DNA of 64,000 nucleotides from Terriglobales bacterium (lineage in GTDB: Bacteria > Acidobacteriota > Terriglobia > Terriglobales > Acidobacteriaceae): the NCBI GenBank assembly GCA_038231235.1, contig JBBRLT010000003.1:10370-74369 (forward strand), read 5' to 3'. Position numbers and translations under genes: made by a program. Position 1 is the stretch's first letter; every line of letters starts with the position of its first letter. The notes beneath the pieces were generated by a model. It saw only the letters and a list, made by a program, of their open reading frames with translations. It searched no databases and was not told the DNA's origin. Of the stretch, positions 57,352-64,000 are shown piece by piece.

Positions 57352-58074
57352 TCACTCCACAGTCGTTGACCCAACCGGCTCCGCCGGGAGAGCAGCCATA
57401 CCGAGCTGCCTCAGCGCATGCTGCACGACCACATGCCCTGCTGCCTCAATGCCTGTGGCCGGGATAATGGTCATCCCACCGACTAGATCGCTCAGCGTGA
57501 GATAGGACGAACGGCAGACATATAAGAAGTCCAATGGATATTCCGGTTTGCGTTTGAAAGCCTGTTCCGGGTCCGCATCCAGCAGATAGCTGATATGTGG
57601 ACGAGGGACAAAGGTCATAATCCATCGCACATAAGCGCGAGCGATGGGGTTACTGAGCGTCAGGTTTGCAAGCTCGTCGTAGGCATATCTATCGAAGATG
57701 ATGAAGTCCGCATCGGACCGCAGGGCCTTGTTCACCACACGCCGCAGCGAGACTGCATCGACGAAGTAGATGAAGTACCGGACGGCGGTCATCGGCCAGG
57801 ACCGGACATTCTTATCCCGCCGGACGATGGGAGCCTCTGGAGAGCCGACTCCCTTGTCGCCTTTGAAGAGGGTATGCGAACTTGCCTGGCGAAGGTTGGT
57901 CAACCTCGCTACGTCGTCCCAGAAGGTGACAAGAGAGACCTTCAGCCCAGCTGCCGCCAGCCGGGTGCGGAGGTTCTGGATTTGCGTAGTTTTGCCAGCG
58001 CCATCCATGCCAGAAAAACTTACGAAAGTGGGCGGTCGCTTCTTGCCTTTTCCATGCATGGGTACACTTTTCAT
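57352..58074 (-). CDS. Thymidylate-kinase-like P-loop NMP kinase family protein
   Basis: 240-aa ORF. P-loop FSGMDGAGKTT and DRY-type motif IFDRYAYDE, as in dTMP kinases. The lid and C-terminal regions are divergent. The start is either ATG 58074 or ATG 58059. Confidence 0.6.
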   Translation of the reverse strand: MKSVPMHGKGKKRPPTFVSFSGMDGAGKTTQIQNLRTRLAAAGLKVSLVTFWDDVARLTNLRQASSHTLFKGDKGVGSPEAPIVRRDKNVRSWPMTAVRYFIYFVDAVSLRRVVNKALRSDADFIIFDRYAYDELANLTLSNPIARAYVRWIMTFVPRPHISYLLDADPEQAFKRKPEYPLDFLYVCRSSYLTLSDLVGGMTIIPATGIEAAGHVVVQHALRQLGMAALPAEPVGSTTVE

Positions 58075-58114
58075 TTGTCACGCTTCGATTTGTTCCGAAC
58101 GGGTTCGATTGCCG

Positions 58115-58624
58115 CTAGCGGGGCCTACTGGGGCTCGCGTTGGATAATCCTACGACGCTGCCAATGGCGACTGCCGCGCCCAGCACCAGTGCACTCTTGA
58201 TCAGGAAGGATCGCGTCCGCCGCTGCTTCGCGGGCGCAATCACGGCTCCCGCAGGCCGGGACGCGGCCACGCCGATGCCCTTCTCGTAGGGCGCAACCGC
58301 AGTGCCGACAGGCGCCGTTGCGTCGTTTTTCGGTTGCTGCGCCGTGGTCTGTTGTTGCGCCGTGCTCTTCGCAGCGTCGTTCTGCTGGCGCACCTCCGTC
58401 TCCGGAACGGGGGTCCCCGACGGAACGGAGTCAGCCGCCTGGGGCGAAGACGAGGAGCCAGTCACGGCCGGCGCAGCGGGCGTCGTTTGCTGGGCTGGGT
58501 TCGTCTGCTCAGCGGCAGGGGTCTGCTGCGCAAGAATCCTTCCGGAGCCACCAAATGGCAGCGCGAACATGATGGTAAGTGCCATCGCAACCAATCGCTG
58601 CAGCCAATAGTTCAACTTTCTCAT
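58115..58624 (-). CDS. Hypothetical bitopic protein with Gln/Thr/Ala/Pro-rich low-complexity region
   Basis: Start at ATG 58624 (MRKLNYWLQRLVAMALTIMFALPF is a signal/anchor). Low-complexity middle region. C-terminal hydrophobic helix ALVLGAAVAIGSVVGL. Confidence 0.45.
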   Translation of the reverse strand: MRKLNYWLQRLVAMALTIMFALPFGGSGRILAQQTPAAEQTNPAQQTTPAAPAVTGSSSSPQAADSVPSGTPVPETEVRQQNDAAKSTAQQQTTAQQPKNDATAPVGTAVAPYEKGIGVAASRPAGAVIAPAKQRRTRSFLIKSALVLGAAVAIGSVVGLSNASPSRPR

Positions 58625-58670
58625 CAAGATACCTCGCCTTCCAGCCTGACTCTCTACAACCACCCGCTGA

Positions 58671-59075
58671 TTACGCCGCGTTCCCTGCGTCTCGCGTCGC
58701 CGCGCACGGCGCCAGCACGTCGGGGATGGCATGGCCAGGGAGCTGGTGGAAGCTGTTTACGGCGTCGGTGGTGTTCTCAAAGCTCTCGAACAGGCGGTTC
58801 ACGCCGGAAAGATGATGCTCGCCGTCCGCGTCCATGGGAATGCCGGAAAGTTTCACGTCGCCATTCCGCTTCATCGCCTCCTCCAGACAGCACAGGAGCA
58901 AGTGAATACGAGAGTTGTCCAGCCGTTGCACCGTGGAACAGTCGAGCACCAGTTGAGGCCGGTCGACTTCCATGCAGTTCCCGACCTCGCGCATGAATGT
59001 ACGGACTTCCTTGGCGCCGCATTGCGTCGGCAACGGCAACACAGATACTGGACGTCTGCGCATTGTCATCTCCAC
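58671..59075 (-). CDS. STAS-domain protein (anti-sigma-factor-antagonist-like)
   Basis: 134-aa ORF. LVLDCSTVQRLDNSRIHLLLCCLEEAMKRNGDVKLSGI matches the SpoIIAA/RsbV-type STAS core (DxS..x..DSxG-like, with Ser in DNS). Confidence 0.55.
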   Translation of the reverse strand: MEMTMRRRPVSVLPLPTQCGAKEVRTFMREVGNCMEVDRPQLVLDCSTVQRLDNSRIHLLLCCLEEAMKRNGDVKLSGIPMDADGEHHLSGVNRLFESFENTTDAVNSFHQLPGHAIPDVLAPCAATRDAGNAA

Positions 59076-59183
59076 CCCCTACAGTCGGATATATGGAACG
59101 CTGAACTCTTCAGACAGCTATCGGCCGGAACCCTAATCACAAGTTGCCGCAGTGCAAGTGCCACGCTCGATCTTGCTTCTGAA

Positions 59184-61151
59184 TCAGCCGGCACGCTGCA
59201 GCAGCCGCGCTAACTCCGCCTGGTGATCGCGGGTAAGGTGCCTCAGAATGTTTTTTCCGTACCGGTACAGAGTCCCCAGGTTGGTGGCATACCAGCAGCA
59301 CTCCGTCATTCTGGGCGAGAAGCCGCAGAGAAACCGCAGCCGTTGGGTCCTGGGGGGCGTGGTAAGCATGGATGCGACCAGCCGGTGATTGCCATCCAGA
59401 ATCGTCAGCGGCTCATTCTCATTCACGCCAATCAGGACGACCGAACCCAGATTATCTTCGGCTTGCTGGAGGCGCGCACCGATGTTGGCAATCTTGGCTT
59501 GAAACTGGCCAGCATCTCCTCCTCGGCTGCGCATGCGATCGGCGACATCGATGATGGACAGGGTTTTGGGTGCGAGTGTGGGCCACTGCGCCCGGGGAAA
59601 GACGCGGATCCTGTCAAGATCAGCCTCTTTAATCTCGACCTCAAACCATTCAGTCTCGGGAGGCAATTCCTTCCAGAGCGAAAAGTGGCGGATAAAGAGG
59701 AGCGCGCGGCGTTTCGCATTCTCGCTTGCGTCCTCGAAATTCGGATTGTCCACGATATTCCGCAGGATGGTGTGATAGTCGCGAAACAGCGGCCGGTCGA
59801 ATTCGCTCTTCAGAAAATCTGCTATGACCTCATCTTCGGTGACCCGGCGTAGCAGGCGAATCGGGTGACCGATGCTGGGTTGTCCGATAGCCTTGAGCGA
59901 TATGCCCGAGTTGATGAGGAAGGGGAAGGCCACGAAGAGCAACAGCGCCACCATCAGCACCAGCTGAACCAGGATCACCTCCCGGAGTGACGAGTGGAAT
60001 TGGCAAATACCCGCAACCAGTACACCGCCGAACGCCAGTTGTATCCAGCTGGTATTTGCGATCTTGTACGACATCTCATAGGTGATCATCACCACGCTGA
60101 GGGAATAGATGACCGTAGTGACGGCATAAAGCGACAGCAGGTAGGGAAGACCATGCGCGCCGGTGATGCCAAAGCCAGGCCCGAAGAATGCTGTCCAAAG
60201 GCTGGCTGGGGCCAAGCGGAGCACCAGGGCGATTCCGCCGCCGATGCCGAGCACCAACATCAGCGCCGTGGCGATGACCTTGGCATCCTTTCGCTCTTCA
60301 TCCCCGGTCCCGGCTACCAGCGGGAACATGCTGTTGACCACGGCAGAAGAAAACGCGAAGATGACGCGCCCCACCATCGCGACCGCCGCATAGAGCCCAG
60401 CCATCGCTGGTGGGAAGAAGTGCTTCACCAGGACGATATCGCAGTTATTGATGAGTACCTGGCCGGCAAAGAAGGTGATGGCCTGCGCGGACTCGCGCAG
60501 TGCATGCGAGAAGCGAAGCTGGTTCGGCACCGGCGGAGGAAGCTTGGGTGCGGCCGCAAAGTAGGCCACCGCAATCGCTGCAGCATTGGCAGCAACCACA
60601 CCGGTCACGCCGAAGCCAAACCAGATGGCGAGCAATGAGCCGCTAAGCCGGCTTACCCCTTCCAGAACGAGATTGGTAGAGAGGGAGCGGAAGCCATAAG
60701 CACCCTGGATATAGCCTCGCCGGCTGCCCAGTGGAACATAGAAGGCTGCTCCTATTGCGATCAGGACGACCAGAAGAGGACTGGGTAAGCGGAGGAAGCT
60801 GGCAATCTCTGTTTGGAACAGCGCCAGAAGCAACGCCACCAGGATGCCGCAGCCCCAGGCGCCCCGATGGAAGTCCCGGTAAGCAGCGCCCTTCGCTTCC
60901 GGGGTGCTCTGTTGTGCAACCACCTTGGCGGGAACGATCTGAAAGGACAGCGTTACAGCGGAGATGAGGGTAAGCAGCGTGTATACGGCAGTGGCATGCC
61001 CGAAGGCGGTCGGACCCAGGAAGCGGGCCACGGAGACGTTGTAGGCGAAGTTGATCGCCGCGGCCATCCCCGAGCCCAGAAGAAGAACGAAGCTTCCGGA
61101 CAGTATGCGAGTGTGAAGCGACTTCTTCGATTCCTGTGAATTGCCGCTCAA
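59184..61151 (-). CDS. Wzx/MOP-type polysaccharide flippase fused to a C-terminal cytoplasmic domain of about 230 aa (ParB/Srx-like DGNHR motif)
   Basis: 655-aa continuous ORF with a TTG start. About 420 aa with 12-14 hydrophobic helices, typical of polysaccharide-biosynthesis (MOP) exporters. This is followed by a soluble, charged domain containing VVLIGVNENEPLTILDGNHRLVASML. Confidence 0.7.
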   Translation of the reverse strand: MSGNSQESKKSLHTRILSGSFVLLLGSGMAAAINFAYNVSVARFLGPTAFGHATAVYTLLTLISAVTLSFQIVPAKVVAQQSTPEAKGAAYRDFHRGAWGCGILVALLLALFQTEIASFLRLPSPLLVVLIAIGAAFYVPLGSRRGYIQGAYGFRSLSTNLVLEGVSRLSGSLLAIWFGFGVTGVVAANAAAIAVAYFAAAPKLPPPVPNQLRFSHALRESAQAITFFAGQVLINNCDIVLVKHFFPPAMAGLYAAVAMVGRVIFAFSSAVVNSMFPLVAGTGDEERKDAKVIATALMLVLGIGGGIALVLRLAPASLWTAFFGPGFGITGAHGLPYLLSLYAVTTVIYSLSVVMITYEMSYKIANTSWIQLAFGGVLVAGICQFHSSLREVILVQLVLMVALLLFVAFPFLINSGISLKAIGQPSIGHPIRLLRRVTEDEVIADFLKSEFDRPLFRDYHTILRNIVDNPNFEDASENAKRRALLFIRHFSLWKELPPETEWFEVEIKEADLDRIRVFPRAQWPTLAPKTLSIIDVADRMRSRGGDAGQFQAKIANIGARLQQAEDNLGSVVLIGVNENEPLTILDGNHRLVASMLTTPPRTQRLRFLCGFSPRMTECCWYATNLGTLYRYGKNILRHLTRDHQAELARLLQRAG

Positions 61152-61430
61152 GACTTTACTGCTCCAGTTTCAAAAAGAGGGATACAAGCTTGCCAGCCGT
61201 AACCAAATCCAGCATGCTGCGCTGCGACTTGGATTACGAGAATGATACTACCCAGTGCCCGCATGTCCTGCCGTTTTCAGGTAGAAACCGCATGGCCAGA
61301 CACTCTATGGTCACCACTGTTTTGCGCCGCCGTCATGCGCGCCAAAGAGTTGTCGTTGCCTCTAGAATGGAGCTAGCAATCGTGGTCATTTCTCTGCCCT
61401 CCCATCTTCTTCAAAAGGCAAAATCCCCCA

Positions 61431-62393
61431 ATGGCATTTCGCGCGACGACCGGTCTGCTGTTTCTTATCGCTCTGCTGCATGGGTGTGGTCCCGCACGAT
61501 CACCCCAGCGCGCCGCCGTGCCCGCGCGGAAGAGCGGACCTGCTCCCCAGGTGCTCGCCGTGTACGAGGCATGGTTTGGACATCCCAGGCACATTACCGT
61601 GGCTTACTCGTCGCACGACCCTGCAGTGATTCGAAGGCAGATTCGAGAGGCCAAGAGTCTGGGAATCGCTGGATTCGTCCTGGACTGGTATGGATATCGG
61701 GAGCCATTCATCGATCAGAGCTATGCGCTGATGCAGTCGATCGCCGCCGAGGAGCACTTTCACCTGGCCATGATGTACGACGAAACCGAGGAAGACGATG
61801 GGGCGACGGACGAGGCCCTCGAGGATTTCAAGCTCTTCAACAAGAACTATCTTGCCCCCAGCGCACCTGGCCGCGAGGCCTACCTAATGAACGAAGGCCG
61901 GCCAGTGATCTTCATCTTTCCCAAGCACCACACCGATTGGAGCCGGGTGCGTGCCGAGGTTAATAAGTGGGATAAGCCGCCCTTGCTCATCGACGAATAT
62001 CCGCCGCGGCCCTCCGCGATTGCAATGGATGGTTACTACGCCTGGGTCAGCCCAGGGCCCAAGGGCTGGGCGGCCGATGGCAGTCACTGGGGAGACGGGT
62101 ATCTCACAGACTTCTACACCATGATGCAGTCGAAGTATCCCGACAAGATTGCCGTAGGGACGGCCTGGGCCGGCTTCAACGACAGCAAGGCATCGTGGGG
62201 GCTGAACCGTCATATCGCTGCGCGCTGCGGCCAGACCCTGACGGACACCGTTAACCTGTGGCGGCAACATGCAGCAGAGTCCTACATGCCGTACCTGCTG
62301 ATAGCGACCTGGAATGACTACGAAGAGGGAACTGCGATTGAGGGCGGATCCTATAACTGCGGGGCCGAGAAACGGCAACGCATACTTCCGTAA
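61431..62393 (+). CDS. Lipoprotein, TIM-barrel glycoside-hydrolase-like (GH99/GH71-like)
   Basis: Lipobox LLHGC. YSSHDPAVIRRQIREAKSLGIAGFVLDWYG and ATWNDYEEGTAIE resemble GH99-type endo-mannosidase-like motifs (from memory; family not verified). Confidence 0.5.
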   Translation: MAFRATTGLLFLIALLHGCGPARSPQRAAVPARKSGPAPQVLAVYEAWFGHPRHITVAYSSHDPAVIRRQIREAKSLGIAGFVLDWYGYREPFIDQSYALMQSIAAEEHFHLAMMYDETEEDDGATDEALEDFKLFNKNYLAPSAPGREAYLMNEGRPVIFIFPKHHTDWSRVRAEVNKWDKPPLLIDEYPPRPSAIAMDGYYAWVSPGPKGWAADGSHWGDGYLTDFYTMMQSKYPDKIAVGTAWAGFNDSKASWGLNRHIAARCGQTLTDTVNLWRQHAAESYMPYLLIATWNDYEEGTAIEGGSYNCGAEKRQRILP

Positions 62394-62547
62394 GCCGCCC
62401 CTTTTTTGTACCAGACTTTTCTTGCAAGCCGAATTCCCGAATTGGGAATTTCGCAGGGGTGCTTGAAAGTTTTATGCCGCTCGAATCGATAAAAGAAAGC
62501 GCAAGCATGGATAAGCTGGGAGGCTGACTTCCATGCTTACGCAAGCG

Positions 62548-62572
62548 TGCCGTCGCCAACCGAGCGACGGCA
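62548..62572 (-). terminator. Hairpin just downstream of the GT2 gene stop
   Basis: TGCCGTCGC-caaccga-GCGACGGCA, a perfect 9-bp stem. No clear U-tract on the minus strand. Confidence 0.35.
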
Positions 62573-62580
62573 CTGGTTAG

Positions 62581-63570
62581 TTAGGCTACCTGAGCGCGAT
62601 ATGCCTTTGCAGGCTCCAGCTGATCGTAGCGTGAGCCGGTTTGCGCGGGCATCATCTCCTCAGCATAATAGACGCGATTGATGATCGAGAGAGGACGGCC
62701 ACGTACTTCGTCGTAAACACGGCCGAGATATTCGCCGAGGACACCGACGCAGACCAGCAGCATGGTGCCGACGAGGAATACGGACGAGGCCACACCGAAG
62801 CCGAGCGAGTGGAAGGGATTGCGAGAGAAGATGGTGAGCACCGCAAGCAAGGCGGTGAAGAAGGTGGATACCGAGGCCATAGCGAAGCACAGCCGAAGCG
62901 GCTTGTAGCTGAAGCTGGTGATCGCATCCATCGCGTACTTGATACGGCTAACGAAGGACAGCTTGCCCTCACCCGCTGCGCGATCCTGCCGGTCATAAAA
63001 AACCACGGCATTGCTGTAGCCAACCCACGCACGCAATCCGGGGAGATAGCGGTTGCGTTCGCGCATGGCATTGATAGAGTCGACCGCCTGGCGATTGATC
63101 AGGCTGAAGATTCCCGCATCGAGAGGTATCGGAAAGTCGGACAGGGCACCCAAAACACGGTAGAAGAGCGGGAAAAGCTTAGACAGCAGCCTGCGGCTCT
63201 CCTGACGGCTCCTTCTCACGGCCACCACGACATCAGCGCCATTCCTCCAGGCCTCCACCAGCTCCGGCAGAACCTCCGGAGGATCCTGAAAGTCGCCATC
63301 CATCAGGATGGTGGCATCGCCGCGGGAGGTCAGCAGACCGGCTGAAATCGCTCCCATGTGTCCCCAGTTGCGGGACAGATCGACGACGACGACGTGGGGA
63401 TCTTCGTTTTGCAGTGACTTGAGTATCTCCAGAGACGAGTCTCTGGAACCATCGTTGACATAGACGACTTCCCAGTCGTCTCCGATATCTTCCAAGGCAT
63501 TGGCAACAGCTTCATGAAACCGCGATATGAGGACTTCCTCATTATAAATTGGTACGACCACTGATATCAT
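62581..63570 (-). CDS. Family 2 glycosyltransferase, polyprenyl-phosphate glycosyltransferase type (GtrB/ArnC-like) with two C-terminal TM helices
   Basis: Start at ATG 63570, after GGGAGGTG. ISVVVPIYNEE, VYVNDGSRD and DGDFQDPPE (DxD). C-terminal hydrophobic helices FAMASVSTFFTALLAVLTIF and VASSVFLVGTMLLVCVGVLGEYL. Confidence 0.85.
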   Translation of the reverse strand: MISVVVPIYNEEVLISRFHEAVANALEDIGDDWEVVYVNDGSRDSSLEILKSLQNEDPHVVVVDLSRNWGHMGAISAGLLTSRGDATILMDGDFQDPPEVLPELVEAWRNGADVVVAVRRSRQESRRLLSKLFPLFYRVLGALSDFPIPLDAGIFSLINRQAVDSINAMRERNRYLPGLRAWVGYSNAVVFYDRQDRAAGEGKLSFVSRIKYAMDAITSFSYKPLRLCFAMASVSTFFTALLAVLTIFSRNPFHSLGFGVASSVFLVGTMLLVCVGVLGEYLGRVYDEVRGRPLSIINRVYYAEEMMPAQTGSRYDQLEPAKAYRAQVA

Positions 63571-63697
63571 TTGGCACCTCCCAGAGTTGTCGTCATTTCT
63601 TCCTTGCTGCAAGTCGAAAAATGTCCTTCAAGTACTTCATCTTTGCCGGGGCTTCCCGAAAGTTGAAATTGGCTTGCTCCACAGGATGCGAGGGCCA

Positions 63698-64000
63698 TTA
63701 CTCGGGTTGCTCCTGAAACACACGCACTCTCCATCGAACCTCGGCCGGAGTCATCACAACGACATAGCGCGCCGTGGTCTTCTGTGTTGTCTCCACCTTA
63801 CCGTGATCGAGAACCTGTACGTTGTATTGCACGGTATCGATCAGTTGGATGGATAAACCCTCTGGCGAGTAGAAGAGTATTTGCAAATCGTGATTCTGTG
63901 CTACGTACCGGGTAGAGATGCCTAACGTAACTTGGTCATGAATGGTGCCGATAAGCTTCTCTTTTGCCGTGCCCACAAAGTCGCGGTCGAGCAGTTCTGT
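63698..64000 (-). CDS. Hypothetical protein, 3' part only (the frame stays open to the window edge)
   Basis: The reading frame is open from 64000 down to the stop at 63698. Lower GC. No motif recognised. The GTG at 63976 given by the ORF track may be internal. Confidence 0.35.
   Translation of the reverse strand, partial: TELLDRDFVGTAKEKLIGTIHDQVTLGISTRYVAQNHDLQILFYSPEGLSIQLIDTVQYNVQVLDHGKVETTQKTTARYVVVMTPAEVRWRVRVFQEQPE

Noticed and set aside
57093-57374. 93-aa minus-strand ORF between the phosphoesterase and the kinase-like gene
   Set aside because: It overlaps the 3' end of the kinase-like gene, and has no RBS or motif. The region is more likely the promoter and leader of the phosphoesterase gene.
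61136-61963. 275-aa + strand ORF overlapping the GH-like lipoprotein gene in another frame
   Set aside because: Its translation is Arg/Ser-rich. The alternative frame (61431-62393) has a lipobox and hydrolase-like motifs.
62341-62410. Intrinsic terminator after the GH-like gene (GCCGCCCCTTTTTTG)
   Set aside because: A T-tract is present, but the only complementary partner (GGGCGG at 62342-62347) is about 47 nt away. No compact hairpin is evident.

Overview
This 64-kb window looks like ordinary chromosomal core DNA from a high-GC bacterium (about 60% G+C by eye, not computed). The gene content resembles Acidobacteriota (Terriglobia), which is an inference and cannot be verified here. I call about 50 protein genes and one tRNA-Glu(CUC). 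I saw no rRNA, CRISPR array, transposase, integrase or prophage genes.

Recognisable blocks, in order:
- M61 peptidase, then an acidic-protein/recJ/orphan string, a DUF507 pair and tRNA-Glu.
- A membrane diguanylate cyclase, a Cys/Met PLP enzyme and an ArsB/NhaD permease.
- A nitrogen module (amtB, P-II, glnD) convergent with stand-alone gltB, followed by ppc.
- A methyltransferase, a GSDEF protein, a CxxCH protein, two tandem ABC-F ATPases, a Uma2 nuclease and feoAB.
- A tightly overlapped eight-gene arginine operon (argR-C-B-D-F-G-H plus a short GNAT/NAGS-like gene). Its consensus -35 promoter overlaps a perfect 18-bp AT palindrome.
- pfk with a PPi-type signature, an ECF sigma / ZAS anti-sigma pair, an Slt-type transglycosylase, secreted proteins, a glutaminase-like protein and cutC.
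- A lower-GC cell-envelope region. It holds an Ig-module secreted protein, a CPA2 antiporter, a PLC/AcpA-type phosphoesterase with 4 x 249-bp coding tandem repeats, and a Tmk-like kinase. It also holds a STAS protein, a Wzx-like flippase with an extra C-terminal domain, a GH99-like lipoprotein and a GtrB-like GT2.

I do not see a clear defence island or an obviously novel multi-gene system. The most unusual items are:
- the flippase fused to a ParB/Srx-like (DGNHR) cytoplasmic domain, in a string with STAS and Tmk-like genes;
- a roughly 690-bp ORF-poor, lower-GC gap carrying four AGCGCT-core palindromes;
- the arg-operon operator and promoter architecture;
- a structured long leader upstream of the Cys/Met PLP gene;
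- a very acidic protein translationally coupled to recJ.

All functional calls come from motifs read by eye in the supplied translations. No database search was run.
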